Assembly: GCF_964204645.1 (NCBI RefSeq)
Contig: NW_027437433.1
Location: 1 to 64,000 of the forward strand
DNA from: Tubulanus polymorphus
Lineage: Eukaryota; Animalia; Nemertea
Length of the DNA stretch: 64,000 nucleotides
Direction: 5' to 3'
Shown in pieces: positions 36,501 through 51,500 of the stretch. A program made the translations under genes and the position numbers. Positions within the stretch are counted from its first letter, which is position 1; every line of letters begins with the position of its first letter. The notes under the pieces are model-generated. The model saw only the letters and a program-made list of their open reading frames with translations. It was not told the DNA's origin and made no database searches.

Positions 36501-39500
36501 TCAATGTGAAAAGATGGGTTAAGGCGTATTGAACTGATTTCAAATAGATAGGTGGAAAGAAACAGAATTTTCTGGCTGCTTTTGGTTCTAAAGATGATGG
36601 ATTCAATCTGAAAAGATGGGTTAAGGCTTATTGAACTGATTTCAAATAGAAAGGTGGAAAGAATCAGAATTTTCTGGCTGCATTTGGTCCTGAAGATGAT
36701 AGACTCGATCCGAAATGATAGGTTAAGGTAAACTGAACTTATTTCGAGTAGATGGGTTGAAAGATTCAGATTTTTCTAGCTAAATATGGTTCTAAAGATG
36801 ATGAATTCTATCTTAATTGATGGGTTTGGGTGTATTGAACTGATATCAAATAGATAGGTGGAAAGAATAAGAATTTTCTGGCTGCTTTTGGTTCTGAAGA
36901 TGATGGATTCAATCTGAAAAGATGAGTAAAGGCGTATTGAACTGATTTCAAATAGATAGGTGGAAAGAAACCGAATTTTCTGGCTGCTTTTGGTTCTGAA
37001 GATGATGGATTCAATCTGAAAAGATGAGTAAAGGCGTATTGAACTGATTTCAAATAGATAGGTGGAAAGAAACAGAATTTTCTGGCTGCTTTTGGTTCTA
37101 AAGATGATGGATTCAATCTGAAAAGATGAGTAAAGGCGTATTGAACTGATTTAAAATAGATAGGTGGAAAGAATCAGAATTTTCTGGCTGCATTTGGTTC
37201 TGAAGATGATAGACTCGATCCGAAATGATAGGTTAAGGTAAACTGAACTTATTTCGAGTAGATGGGTTGAAAGATACAGATTTTTCTAGCTAAATATGGT
37301 TCTAAAGATGATGAATTCTATCTTAATTGATGGGTTTGGGTGTATTGAACTGATATCAAATAGATAGGTGGAAAGAATAAGAATTTTCTGGCTGCTTTTG
37401 GTTCTGAAGATGATGGATTCAATCTGAAAAGATGAGTAAAGGCGTATTGAACTGATTTCAAATAGATAGGTGGAAAGAAACAGAATTTTCTGGCTGCTTT
37501 TGGTTCTAAAGATGATGGATTCAATCTGAAAAGATGAGTAAAGGCGTATTGAACTGATTTCAAATAGATAGGTGGAAAGAAACAGAATTTTCTGGCTGCT
37601 TTTGGTTCTAAAGATGATGGATTCAATCTGAAAAGATGAGTAAAGGCGTATTGAACTGATTTAAAATAGATAGGTGGAAAGAATCAGAATTTTCTGGCTG
37701 CATTTGGTTCTGAAGATGATAGACTCGATCCGAAATGATAGGTTAAGGTAAACTGAACTTATTTCGAGTAGATGGGTTGAAAGATACAGATTTTTCTAGC
37801 TAAATATGGTTCTAAAGATGATGAATTCTATCTTAATTGATGGGTTTGGGTGTATTGAACTGATATCAAATAGATAGGTGGAAAGAATAAGAATTTTCTG
37901 GCTGCTTTTGGTTCTGAAGATGATGGATTCAATCTGAAAAGATGAGTAAAGGCGTATTGAACTGATTTCAAATAGATAGGTGGAAAGAAACAGAATTTTC
38001 TGGCTGCTTTTGGTTCTAAAGATGATGGATTCAATCTGAAAAGATGGGTTAAGGCTTATTGAACTGATTTCAAATATATAGGTGGAAAGAAACAGAATTT
38101 TCTGGCTGCTTTTGGTTCTAAAGATGATGGATTCAATCTGAAAAGATGGGTTAAGGCTTATTGAACTGATTTAAAATAGATAGGTGGAAAAGATCAGAAT
38201 TTTCTGGCTGCTTTTGGTTCTGAAGATGATGGATTCAATCTGAAAAGATGGGTTAAGGCGTATTGAACTGATTTCAAATAGATAGGTGGAAAGAAACCGA
38301 ATTTTCTGGCTGCTTTTGTTTCTAAAGATGATGGATCAATGTGAAAAGATGGGTTAAGGCGTATTGAACTGATTTCAAATAGATAGGTGGAAAGAAACAG
38401 AATTTTCTGGCTGCTTTTGGTTCTAAAGATGATGGATTCAATCTGAAAAGATGGGTTAAGGCTTATTGAACTGATTTCAAATAGAAAGGTGGAAAGAATC
38501 AGAATTTTCTGGCTGCATTTGGTCCTGAAGATGATAGACTCGATCCGAAATGATAGGTTAAGGTAAACTGAACTTATTTCGAGTAGATGGGTTGAAAGAT
38601 ACAGATTTTTCTAGCTAAATATGGTTCTAAAGATGATGAATTATAACTCAATTGATGGGTTTGGGTGTATTGAACTGATATCAAATAGATAGGTGGAAAG
38701 AATAAGAATTTTCTGGCTGCTTTTGGTTCTGAAGATGATGGATTCAATCTGAAAAGATGAGTAAAGGCGTATTGAACTGATTTCAAATAGATAGGTGGAA
38801 AGAAACAGAATTTTCTGGCTGCTTTTGGTTCTAAAGATGATGGATTCAATCTGAAAAGATGGGTTAAGGCTTATTGAACTGATTTCAAATAGATAGGTGG
38901 AAAGAATCAGAATTTTCTGGCTGCATTTGGTTCTGAAGATGATAGACTCGATCCAAAATGATAGGTTAAGGTAAACTGAACTTATTTCGAGTAGATGGGT
39001 TGTAAGATACAGATTTTTCTAGCTAAATATGGTTCTAAAGATGATGAATTCTATCTTAATTGATGGGTTTGGGTGTATTGAACTGATATCAAATAGATAG
39101 GTGGAAAGAATAAGAATTTTCTGGCTGCTTTTGGTTCTGAAGATGATGGATTCAATCTGAAAAGATGAGTAAAGGCGTATTGAACTGATTTCAAATAGAT
39201 AGGTGGAAAGAAACAGAATTTTCTGGCTGCTTTTGGTTCTAAAGATGATGGATTCAATCTGAAAAGATGGGTTAAGGCTTATTGAACTGATTTCAAATAG
39301 ATAGGTGGAAAGAATCAGAATTTTCTGGCTGCATTTGGTTCTGAAGATGATAGACTCGATCCGAAATGATAGGTTAAGGTAAACTGAACTTATTTCGAGT
39401 AGATGGGTTGAAAGATACAGATTTTTCTAGCTAAATATGGTTCTAAAGATGATGAATTCTATCTTAATTGATGGGTTTGGGTGTATTGAACTGATATCAA

Positions 39501-42500
39501 ATAGATAGGTGGAAAGAATAAGAATTTTCTGGCTGCTTTTGGTTCTAAAGATGATGGATTCAATCTGAAAAGATGGGTTAAGGCTTATTGAACTGATTTC
39601 AAATAGATAGGTGGAAAGAAACAGAATTTTCTGGCTGCTTTTGGTTCTAAAGATGATGGATTCAATCTGAAAAGATGAGTAAAGGCGTATTGAACTGATT
39701 TCAAATAGATAGGTGGAAAGAAACAGAATTTTCTGGCTGCTTTTGGTTCAAAAGATGATGGATTCAATCTGAAAAGATGAGTAAAGGCGTATTGAACTGA
39801 TTTCAAATAGATAGGTGGAAAGAAACAGAATTTTCTGGCTGCTTTTGGTTCAAAAGATGATGGATTCAATCTGAAAAGATGAGTAAAGGCGTATTGAACT
39901 GATTTCAAATAGATAGGTGGAAAGAAACAGAATTTTCTGGCTGCTTTTGGTTATAAAGATGATGGATTCAATCTGAAAAGATGAGTAAAGGCGTATCGAA
40001 CTGATTTCAAATAGATAGGTGGAAAGAAACAGAATTTTCTGGCTGCTTTTGGTTCTAAAGATGATGGATTCAATCTGAAAAGATGGGTTAAGGCTTATTG
40101 AACTGATTTAAAATAGATAGGTGGAAAGAATCAGAATTTTCTGGCTGCTTTTGGTTCTGAAGATGATGGATTCAATCTGAAAAGATGGGTTAAGGCGTAT
40201 TGAACTGATTTCAAATAGATAGGTGGAAAGAAACAGAATTTTCTGGCTGCTTTTGGTTCTAAAGATGATGGATTCAATCTGAAAAGATGAGTAAAGGCGT
40301 ATTGAACTGATTTCAAATAGATAGGTGGAAAGAAACAGAATTTTCTGGCTGCTTTTGGTTCTAAAGATGATGGATTCAATCTGAAAAGATGAGTAAAGGC
40401 GTATTGAACTGATTTAAAATAGATAGGTGGAAAGAATCAGAATTTTCTGGCTGCATTTGGTTCTGAAGATGATAGACTCGATCCGAAATGATAGGTTAAG
40501 GTAAACTGAACTTATTTCGAGTAGATGGGTTGAAAGATACAGATTTTTCTAGCTAAATATGGTTCTAAAGATGATGAATTCTATCTTAATTGATGGGTTT
40601 GGGTGTATTGAACTGATATCAAATAGATAGGTGGAAAGAAACCGAATTTTCTGGCTGCTTTTGGTTCTGAAGATGATGGATTCAATCTGAAAAGATGAGT
40701 AAAGGCGTATTGAACTGATTTCAAATAGATAGGTGGAAAGAAACAGAATTTTCTGGCTGCTTTTGGTTCTAAAGATGATGGATTCAATCTGAAAAGATGA
40801 GTAAAGGCGTATTGAACTGATTTCAAATAGATAGGTGGAAAGAAACAGAATTTTCTGGCTGCTTTTGGTTATAAAGATGATGGATTCAATCTGAAAAGAT
40901 GGGTTAAGGCTTATTGAACTGATTTAAAATAGATAGGTGGAAAGAATCAGAATTTTCTGGCTGCATTTGGTTCTGAAGATGATAGACTCGATCCGAAATG
41001 ATAGGTTAAGGTAAACTGAACTTATTTCGAGTAGATGGGTTGAAAGATACAGATTTTTCTAGCTAAATATGGTTCTAAAGATGATGAATTATAACTTAAT
41101 TGATGGGTTTGGGTGTATTGAACTGATATCAAATAGATAGGTGGAAAGAATAAGAATTTTCTGCCTGCTTTTGGTTCTGAAGATGATGGATTCAATCTGA
41201 AAAGATGAGTAAAGGCGTATTGAACTGATTTCAAATAGATAGGTGGAAAGAAACAGAATTTTCTGGCTGCTTTTGGTTCTAAAGATGATGGATTCAATCT
41301 GAAAAGATGAGTAAAGGCGTATTGAACTGATTTCAAATAGATAGGTGGAAAGAAACAGAATTTTCTGGCTGCTTTTGGTTCTAAAGATGATGGATTCAAT
41401 CTGAAAAGATGAGTAAAGGTGTATTGAACTGATTTAAAATAGATAGGTGGAAAGAATCAGAATTTTCTGGCTGCATTTGGTTCTGAAGATGATAGACTCG
41501 ATCCGAAATGATAGGTTAAGGTAAACTGAACTTATTTCGAGTAGATGGGTTGAAAGATACAGATTTTTCTAGCTAAATATGGTTCTAAAGATGATGAATT
41601 CTATCTTTATTGATGGGTTTGGGTGTATTGAACTGATATCAAATAGATAGGTGGAAAGAATAAGAATTTTCTGGCTGCTTTTGGTTCTGAAGATGATGGA
41701 TTCAATCTGAAAAGATGGGTTAAGGCTTATTGAACTGATTTCAAATAGATAGGTGGAAAGAAACCGAATTTTCTGGCTGCTTTTGGTTCTAAAGATGATG
41801 GATTCAATCTGAAAAGATGAGTAAAGGCGTATTGAACTGATTTAAAATAGATAGGTGGAAAGAATCAGAATTTTCTGGCTGCATTTGGTTCTGAAGATGA
41901 TAGACTCGATCCGAAATGATAGGTTAAGGTAAACTGAACTTATTTCGAGTAGATGGGTTGAAAGATACAGATTTTTCTAGCTAAATATGGTTCTAAAGAT
42001 GATGAATTATAACTTAATTGATGGGTTTGGGTGTATTGAACTGATATCAAATAGATAGGTGGAAAGAATAAGAATTTTCTGGCTGCTTTTGGTTCTGAAG
42101 ATGATGGATTCAATCTGAAAAGATGAGTAAAGGCGTATTGAACTGATTTCAAATAGATAGGTGGAAAGAAACAGAATTTTCTGGCTGCTTTTGGTTCAAA
42201 AGATGATGGATTCAATCTGAAAAGATGAGTAAAGGCGTATTGAACTGATTTCAAATAGATAGGTGGAAAGAAACAGAATTTTCTGGCTGCTTTTGGTTCT
42301 AAAGATGATGGATTCAATCTGAAAAGATGAGTAAAGGCGTATTGAACTGATTTAAAATAGATAGGTGGAAAGAATCAGAATTTTCTGGCTGCATTTGGTT
42401 CTGAAGATGATAGACTCGATCCGAAATGATAGGTTAAGGTAAACTGAACTTATTTCGAGTAGATGGGGTGAAAGATACAGATTTTTCTAGCTAAATATGG

Positions 42501-45500
42501 TTCTAAAGATGATGAATTCTATCTTAATTGATGGGTTTGGGTGTATTGAACTGATATCAAATAGATAGGTGGAAAGAATAAGAATTTTCTGGCTGCTTTT
42601 GGTTCTGAAGATGATGGATTCAATCTGAAAAGATGAGTAAAGGCGTATTGAACTGATTTCAAATAGATAGGTGGAAAGAAACAGAATTTTCTGGCTGCTT
42701 TTGGTTCTAAAGATGATGGATTCAATCTGAAAAGATGGGTTAAGGCTTATTGAACTGATTTCAAATAGATAGGTGGAAAGAAACAGAATTTTCTGGCTGC
42801 TTTTGGTTCTAAAGATGATGGATTCAATCTGAAAAGATGGGTTAAGGCTTATTGAACTGATTTAAAATAGATAGGTGGAAAGAATCAGAATTTTCTGGCT
42901 GCTTTTGGTTCTGAAGATGATGGATTCAATCTGAAAAGATGGGTTAAGGCGTATTGAACTGATTTCAAATAGATAGGTGGAAAGAAACCGAATTTTCTGG
43001 CTGCTTTTGTTTCTAAAGATGATGGATCAATGTGAAAAGATGGGTTAAGGCGTATTGAACTGATTTCAAATAGATAGGTGGAAAGAAACAGAATTTTCTG
43101 GCTGCTTTTGGTTCTAAAGATGATGGATTCAATCTGAAAAGATGGGTTAAGGCTTATTGAACTGATTTAAAATAGATAGGTGGAAAGAATCAGAATTTTC
43201 TGGCTGCTTTTGGTTCTGAAGATGATGGATTCAATCTGAAAAGATGGGTTAAGGCGTATTGAACTGATTTCAAATAGATAGGTGGAAAGAAACCGAATTT
43301 TCTGGCTGCTTTTGTTTCTAAAGATGATGGATCAATGTGAAAAGATGGGTTAAGGCGTATTGAACTGATTTCAAATAGATAGGTGGAAAGAAACAGAATT
43401 TTCTGGCTGCTTTTGGTTCTAAAGATGATGGATTCAATCTGAAAAGATGGGTTAAGGCTTATTGAACTGATTTCAAATAGAAAGGTGGTAAGAATCAGAA
43501 TTTTCTGGCTGCATTTGGTCCTGAAGATGATAGACTCGATCCGAAATGATAGGTTAAGGTAAACTGAACTTATTTCGAGTAGATGGGTTGAAAGATACAG
43601 ATTTTTCTAGCTAAATATGGTTCTAAAGATGATGAATTATAACTCAATTGATGGGTTTGGGTGTATTGAACTGATATCAAATAGATAGGTGGAAAGAATA
43701 AGAATTTTCTGGCTGCTTTTGGTTCTGAAGATGATGGATTCAATCTGAAAAGATGAGTAAAGGCGTATTGAACTGATTTCAAATAGATAGGTGGAAAGAA
43801 ACAGAATTTTCTGGCTGCTTTTGGTTCTAAAGATGATGGATTCAATCTGAAAAGATGGGTTAAGGCTTATTGAACTGATTTAAAATAGATAGGTGGAAAG
43901 AATCAGAATTTTCTGGCTGCATTTGGTTCTGAAGATGATAGACTCGATCCGAAATGATAGGTTAAGGTAAACTGAACTTATTTCGAGTAGATGGGTTGAA
44001 AGATACAGATTTTTCTAGCTAAATATGGTTCTAAAGATGATGAATTCTATCTTAATTGATGGGTTTGGGTGTATTGAACTGATATCAAATAGATAGGTGG
44101 AAAGAATAAGAATTTTCTGGCTGCTTTTGGTTCTGAAGATGATGGATTCAATCTGAAAAGATGAGTAAAGGCGTATTGAACTGATTTCAAATAGATAGGT
44201 GGAAAGAAACCGAATTTTCTGGCTGCTTTTGGTTCTGAAGATGATGGATTCAATCTGAAAAGATGAGTAAAGGCGTATTGAACTGATTTCAAATAGATAG
44301 GTGGAAAGAAACAGAATTTTCTGGCTGCTTTTGGTTCTAAAGATGATGGATTCAATCTGAAAAGATGAGTAAAGGCGTATTGAACTGATTTCAAATAGAT
44401 AGGTGGAAAGAAACAGAATTTTCTGGCTTCTTTTGGTTCTAAAGATGATGGATTCAATCTGAAAAGATGAGTAAAGGCGTATTGAACTGATTTAAAATAG
44501 ATAGGTGGAAAGAATCAGAATTTTCTGGCTGCATTTGGTTCTGAAGATGATAGACTCGATCCGAAATGATAGGTTAAGGTAAACTGAACTTATTTCGAGT
44601 AGATGGGTTGAAAGATACAGATTTTTCTAGCTAAATATGGTTCTAAAGATGATGAATTCTATCTTTATTGATGGGTTTGGGTGTATTGAACTGATATCAA
44701 ATAGATAGGTGGAAAGAATAAGAATTTTCTGGCTGCTTTTGGTTCTGAAGATGATGGATTCAATCTGAAAAGATGAGTAAAGGCGTATTGAACTGATTTC
44801 AAATAGATAGGTGGAAAGAAACAGAATTTTCTGGCTGCTTTTGGTTCTAAAGATGATGGATTCAATCTGAAAAGATGGGTTAAGGCTTATTGAACTGATT
44901 TAAAATAGATAGGTGGAAAGAATCAGAATTTTCTGGCTGCTTTTGGTTCTGAAGATGATGGATTCAATCTGAAAAAATGGGTTAAGGCGTATTGAACTGA
45001 TTTCAAATAGATAGGTGGAAAGAAACCGAATTTTCTGGCCTCTTTTGGTTCTAAAGATGATGGATTCAATCTGAAAAGATGGGTTAAGGCTTATTGAACT
45101 GATTTCAAATAGATAGGTGGAAAGAATCAGAATTTTCTGGCTGCATTTGGTTCTGAAGATGATAGACTCGATCCGAAATGATAGGTTAAGGTAAACTGAA
45201 CTTATTTCGAGTAGATGGGTTGAAAGATACAGATTTTTCTAGCTAAATATGGTTCTAAAGATGATGAATTATAACTTAATTGATGGGTTTGGGTGTATTG
45301 AACTGATATCAAATAGATAGGTGGAAAGAATAAGAATTTTCTGGCTGCTTTTGGTTCTGAAGATGATGGATTCAATCTGAAAAGATGAGTAAAGGCGTAT
45401 TGAACTGATTTCAAATAGATAGGTGGAAAGAAACAGAATTTTCTGGCTGCTTTTGGTTCTAAAGATGATGGATTCAATCTGAAAAGATGGGTTAAGGCGT

Positions 45501-48500
45501 ATTGAACTGATTTCAAATAGATAGGTGGAAAGAAACCGAATTTTCTGGCTGCTTTTGTTTCTAAAGATGATGGATCAATGTGAAAAGATGGGTTAAGGCG
45601 TATTGAACTGATTTCAAATAGATAGGTGGAAAGAAACCGAATTTTCTGGCTGCTTTTGGTTCTAAAGATGACGGATTCAATCTGAAAAGATGGGTTAAGG
45701 CTTATTGAACTGATTTCAAATAGATAGGTGGAAAGAATCAGAATTTTCTGGCTGCATTTGGTTCTGAAGATGATAGACTCGATCCGAAATGATAGGTTAA
45801 GGTAAACTGAACTTATTTCGAGTAGATGGGTTGAAAGATACAGATTTTTCTAGCTAAATATGGTTCTAAAGATGATGAATTATAACTTAATTGATGGGTT
45901 TGGGTGTATTGAACTGATATCAAATAGATAGGTGGAAAGAATAAGAATTTTCTGGCTGCTTTTGGTTCTGAAGATGATGGATTCAATCTGAAAAGATGAG
46001 TAAAGGCGTATTGAACTGATTTCAAATAGATAGGTGGAAAGAAACAGAATTTTCTGGCTGCTTTTGGTTCTAAAGATGATGGATTCAATCTGAAAAGATG
46101 GGTTAAGGCTTATTGAACTGATTTAAAATAGATAGGTGGAAAGAATCAGAATTTTCTGGCTGCTTTTGGTTCTGAAGATGATGGATTCAATCTGAAAAGA
46201 TGGGTTAAGGCGTATTGAACTGATTTCAAATAGATAGGTGGAAAGAAACCGAATTTTCTGGCTGCTTTTGTTTCTAAAGATGATGGATCAATGTGAAAAG
46301 ATGGGTTAAGGCGTATTGAACTGATTTCAAATAGATAGGTGGAAAGAAACAGAATTTTCTGGCTGCTTTTGGTTCTAAAGATGATGGATTCAATCTGAAA
46401 AGATGGGTTAAGGCTTATTGAACTGATTTCAAATAGAAAGGTGGAAAGAATCAGAATTTTCTGGCTGCATTTGGTCCTGAAGATGATAGACTCGATCCGA
46501 AATGATAGGTTAAGGTAAACTGAACTTATTTCGAGTAGATGGGTTGAAAGATTCAGATTTTTCTAGCTAAATATGGTTCTAAAGATGATGAATTCTATCT
46601 TAATTGATGGGTTTGGGTGTATTGAACTGATATCAAATAGATAGGTGGAAAGAAACCGAATTTTCTGGCTGCTTTTGGTTCTGAAGATGATGGATTCAAT
46701 CTGAAAAGATGAGTAAAGGCGTATTGAACTGATTTCAAATAGATAGGTGGAAAGAAACCGAATTTTCTGGCTGCTTTTGGTTCTGAAGATGATGGATTCA
46801 ATCTGAAAAGATGAGTAAAGGCGTATTGAACTGATTTCAAATAGATAGGTGGAAAGAAACAGAATTTTCTGGCTGCTTTTGGTTCTAAAGATGATGGATT
46901 CAATCTGAAAAGATGGGTTAAGGCTTATTGAACTGATTTAAAATAGATAGGTGGAAAGAATCAGAATTTTCTGGCTGCTTTTGGTTCTGAAGATGATGGA
47001 TTCAATCTGAAAAGATGGGTTAAGGCGTATTGAACTGATTTCAAATAGATAGGTGGAAAGAATCAGAATTTTCTGGCTGCTTTTGGTTCTAAAGATGATG
47101 GATTCAATCTGAAAAGATGGGTTAAGGCTTATTGAACTGATTTAAAATAGATAGGTGGAAAGAATAAGAATTTTCTGGCTGCTTTTGGTTCTGAAGATGA
47201 TGGATTCAATCTGAAAAGATGGGTTAGGGCGTATTGAACTGATTTAAAATAGATAGGTGGAAAGAAACCGAATTTTCTGGCTGCTTTTGGTTCTGAAGAT
47301 GATGGATTCAATCTGAAAAGATGGGTTAAGGCTTATTGAACTGATTTAAAATAGATAGGTGGAAAGAATCAGAATTTTCTGGCTGCATTTGGTTCTGAAG
47401 ATGATAGACTCGATCCGAAATGATAGGTTAAGGTAAACTGAACTTATTTCGAGTAGATGGGTTGAAAGATACAGATTTTTCTAGCTAAATATGGTTCTAA
47501 AGATGATGAATTCTATCTTAATTGATGGGTTTGGGTGTATTGAACTGATATCAAATAGATAGGTGGAAAGAATAAGAATTTTCTGGCTGCTTTTGGTTCT
47601 GAAGATGATGGATTCAATCTGAAAAGTTGAGTAAAGGCGTATTGAACTGATTTCAAATAGATAGGTGGAAAGAAACAGAATTTTCTGGCTGCTTTTGGTT
47701 CTAAAGATGATGGATTCAATCTGAAAAGATGGGTTAAGGCTTATTGAACTGATTTCAAATAGATAGGTGGAAAGAATCAGAATTTTCTGGCTGCATTTGG
47801 TTCTGAAGATGATAGACTCGATCCGAAATGATAGGTTAAGGTAAACTGAACTTATTTCGAGTAGATGGGTTGAAAGATACAGATTTTTCTAGCTAAATAT
47901 GGTTCTAAAGATGATGAATTCTATCTTAATTGATGGGTTTGGGTGTATTGAACTGATATCAAATAGATAGGTGGAAAGAATAAGAATTTTCTGGCTGCTT
48001 TTGGTTCTGAAGATGATGGATTCAATCTGAAAAGATGAGTAAAGGCGTATTGAACTGATTTCAAATAGATAGGTGGAAAGAAACAGAATTTTCTGGCTGC
48101 TTTTGGTTCTAAAGATGATGGATTCAATCTGAAAAGATGGGTTAAGGCTTATTGAACTGATTTAAAATAGATAGGTGGAAAGAAACCGAATTTTCTGGCT
48201 GCTTTTGTTTCTAAAGATGATGGATCAATGTGAAAAGATGGGTTAAGGCGTATTGAACTGATTTCAAATAGATAGGTGGAAAGAAACCGAATTTTCTGGC
48301 CTCTTTTGGTTCTAAAGATGATGGATTCAATCTGAAAAGATGGGTTAAGGCTTATTGAACTGATTTCAAATAGATAGGTTGAAAGAATCAGAATTTTCTG
48401 GCTGCTTTTGGTTCTGAAGATGATAGACTCGATCTGAAATGATGAGTAAAGGCGTATTGAACTGATTTCAAATAGATAGGTGGAAAGAAACAGAATTTTC

Positions 48501-51500
48501 TGGCTGCTTTTGGTTCTAAAGATGATGGATTCAATCTGAAAAGATGGGTTAAGGCTTATTGAACTGATTTCAAATATATAGGTGGAAAGAAACAGAATTT
48601 TCTGGCTGCTTTTGGTTCTAAAGATGATGGATTCAATCTGAAAAGATGGGTTAAGGCTTATTGAACTGATTTAAAATAGATAGGTGGAAAGAATCAGAAT
48701 TTTCTGGCTGCTTTTGGTTCTGAAGATGATGGATTCAATCTGAAAAGATGGGTTAAGGCGTATTGAACTGATTTCAAATAGATAGGTGGAAAGAAACCGA
48801 ATTTTCTGGCTGCTTTTGTTTCTAAAGTTGATGGATCAATGTGAAAAGATGGGTTAAGGCGTATTGAACTGATTTCAAATAGATAGGTGGAAAGAAACCG
48901 AATTTTCTGGCTGCTTTTGGTTCTAAAGATGACGGATTCAATCTGAAAAGATGGGTTAAGGCTTATTGAACTGATTTCAAATAGATAGGTGGAAAGAATC
49001 AGAATTTTCTGGCTGCATTTGGTTCTGAAGATGATAGACTCGATCCGAAATGATAGGTTAAGGTAAACTGAACTTATTTCGAGTAGATGGGTTGAAAGAT
49101 ACAGATTTTTCTAGCTAAATATGGTTCTAAAGATGATGAATTATAACTTAATTGATGGGTTTGGGTGTATTGAACTGATATCAAATAGATAGGTGGAAAG
49201 AATAAGAATTTTCTGGCTGCTTTTGGTTCTGAAGATGATGGATTCAATCTGAAAAGATGAGTAAAGGCGTATTGAACTGATTTCAAATAGATAGGTGGAA
49301 AGAAACAGAATTTTCTGGCTGCTTTTGGTTCTAAAGATGATGGATTCAATCTGAAAAGATGGGTTAAGGCTTATTGAACTGATTTAAAATAGATAGGTGG
49401 AAAGAATCAGAATTTTCTGGCTGCTTTTGGTTCTGAAGATGATGGATTCAATCTGAAAAGATGGGTTAAGGAGTATTGAACTGATTTCAAATAGATAGGT
49501 GGAAAGAAACCGATTTTTCTGGCTGCTTTTGTTTCTAAAGATGATGGATCAATGTGAAAAGATGGGTTAAGGCGTATTGAACTGATTTCAAATAGATAGG
49601 TGGAAAGAAACAGAATTTTCTGGCTGCTTTTGGTTCTAAAGATGATGGATTCAATCTGAAAAGATGGGTTAAGGCTTATTGAACTGATTTCAAATAGAAA
49701 GGTGGAAAGAATCAGAATTTTCTGGCTGCATTTGGTCCTGAAGATGATAGACTCGATCCGAAATGATAGGTTAAGGTAAACTGAACTTATTTCGAGTAGA
49801 TGGGTTGAAAGATTCAGATTTTTCTAGCTAAATATGGTTCTAAAGATGATGAATTCTATCTTAATTGATGGGTTTGGGTGTATTGAACTGATATCAAATA
49901 GATAGGTGGAAAGAAACCGAATTTTCTGGCTGCTTTTGGTTCTGAAGATGATGGATTCAATCTGAAAAGATGAGTAAAGGCGTATTGAACTGATTTCAAA
50001 TAGATAGGTGGAAAGAAACCGAATTTTCTGGCTGCTTTTGGTTCTGAAGATGATGGATTCAATCTGAAAAGATGAGTAAAGGCGTATTGAACTGATTTCA
50101 AATAGATAGGTGGAAAGAAACAGAATTTTCTGGCTGCTTTTGGTTCTAAAGATGATGGATTCAATCTGAAAAGATGGGTTAAGGCTTATTGAACTGATTT
50201 AAAATAGATAGGTGGAAAGAATCAGAATTTTCTGGCTGCTTTTGGTTCTGAAGATGATGGATTCAATCTGAAAAGATGGGTTAAGGCGTATTGAACTGAT
50301 TTCAAATAGATAGGTGGAAAGAATCAGAATTTTCTGGCTGCTTTTGGTTCTAAAGATGATGGATTCAATCTGAAAAGATGGGTTAAGGCTTATTGAACTG
50401 ATTTAAAATAGATAGGTGGAAAGAATAAGAATTTTCTGGCTGCTTTTGGTTCTGAAGATGATGGATTCAATCTGAAAAGATGGGTTAGGGCGTATTGAAC
50501 TGATTTAAAATAGATAGGTGGAAAGAAACCGAATTTTCTGGCTGCTTTTGTTTCTAAAGATGATGGATCAATGTGAAAAGATGGGTTAAGGCGTATTGAA
50601 CTGATTTCAAATAGATAGGTGGAAAGAAACAGAATTTTTCTGGCTGCTTTTGGTTCTAAAGATGATGGATTCAATCTGAAAAGATGAGTAAAGGCGTATT
50701 GAACTGATTTAAAATAGATAGGTGGAAAGAATCAGAATTTTCTGGCTGCATTTGGTTCTGAAGATGATAGACTCGATCCGAAATGATAGGTTAAGGTAAA
50801 CTGAACTTATTTCGAGTAGATGGGTTGAAAGATACAGATTTTTCTAGCTAAATATGGTTCTAAAGATGATGAATTCTATCTTAATTGATGGGTTTGGGTG
50901 TATTGAACTGATATCAAATAGATAGGTGGAAAGAATAAGAATTTTCTGGCTGCTTTTGGTTCTGAAGATGATGGATTCAATCTGAAAAGTTGAGTAAAGG
51001 CGTATTGAACTGATTTCAAATAGATAGGTGGAAAGAAACAGAATTTTCTGGCTGCTTTTGGTTCTAAAGATGATGGATTCAATCTGAAAAGATGGGTTAA
51101 GGCTTATTGAACTGATTTCAAATAGATAGGTGGAAAGAATCAGAATTTTCTGGCTGCATTTGGTTCTGAAGATGATAGACTCGATCCGAAATGATAGGTT
51201 AAGGTAAACTGAACTTATTTCGAGTAGATGGGTTGAAAGATACAGATTTTTCTAGCTAAATATGGTTCTAAAGATGATGAATTCTATCTTAATTGATGGG
51301 TTTGGGTGTATTGAACTGATATCAAATAGATAGGTGGAAAGAAACCGAATTTTCTGGCTGCTTTTGTTTCTAAAGATGATGGATCAATGTGAAAAGATGG
51401 GTTAAGGCGTATTGAACTGATTTCAAATAGATAGGTGGAAAGAAACAGAATTTTTCTGGCTGCTTTTGGTTCTAAAGATGATGGATTCAATCTGAAAAGA

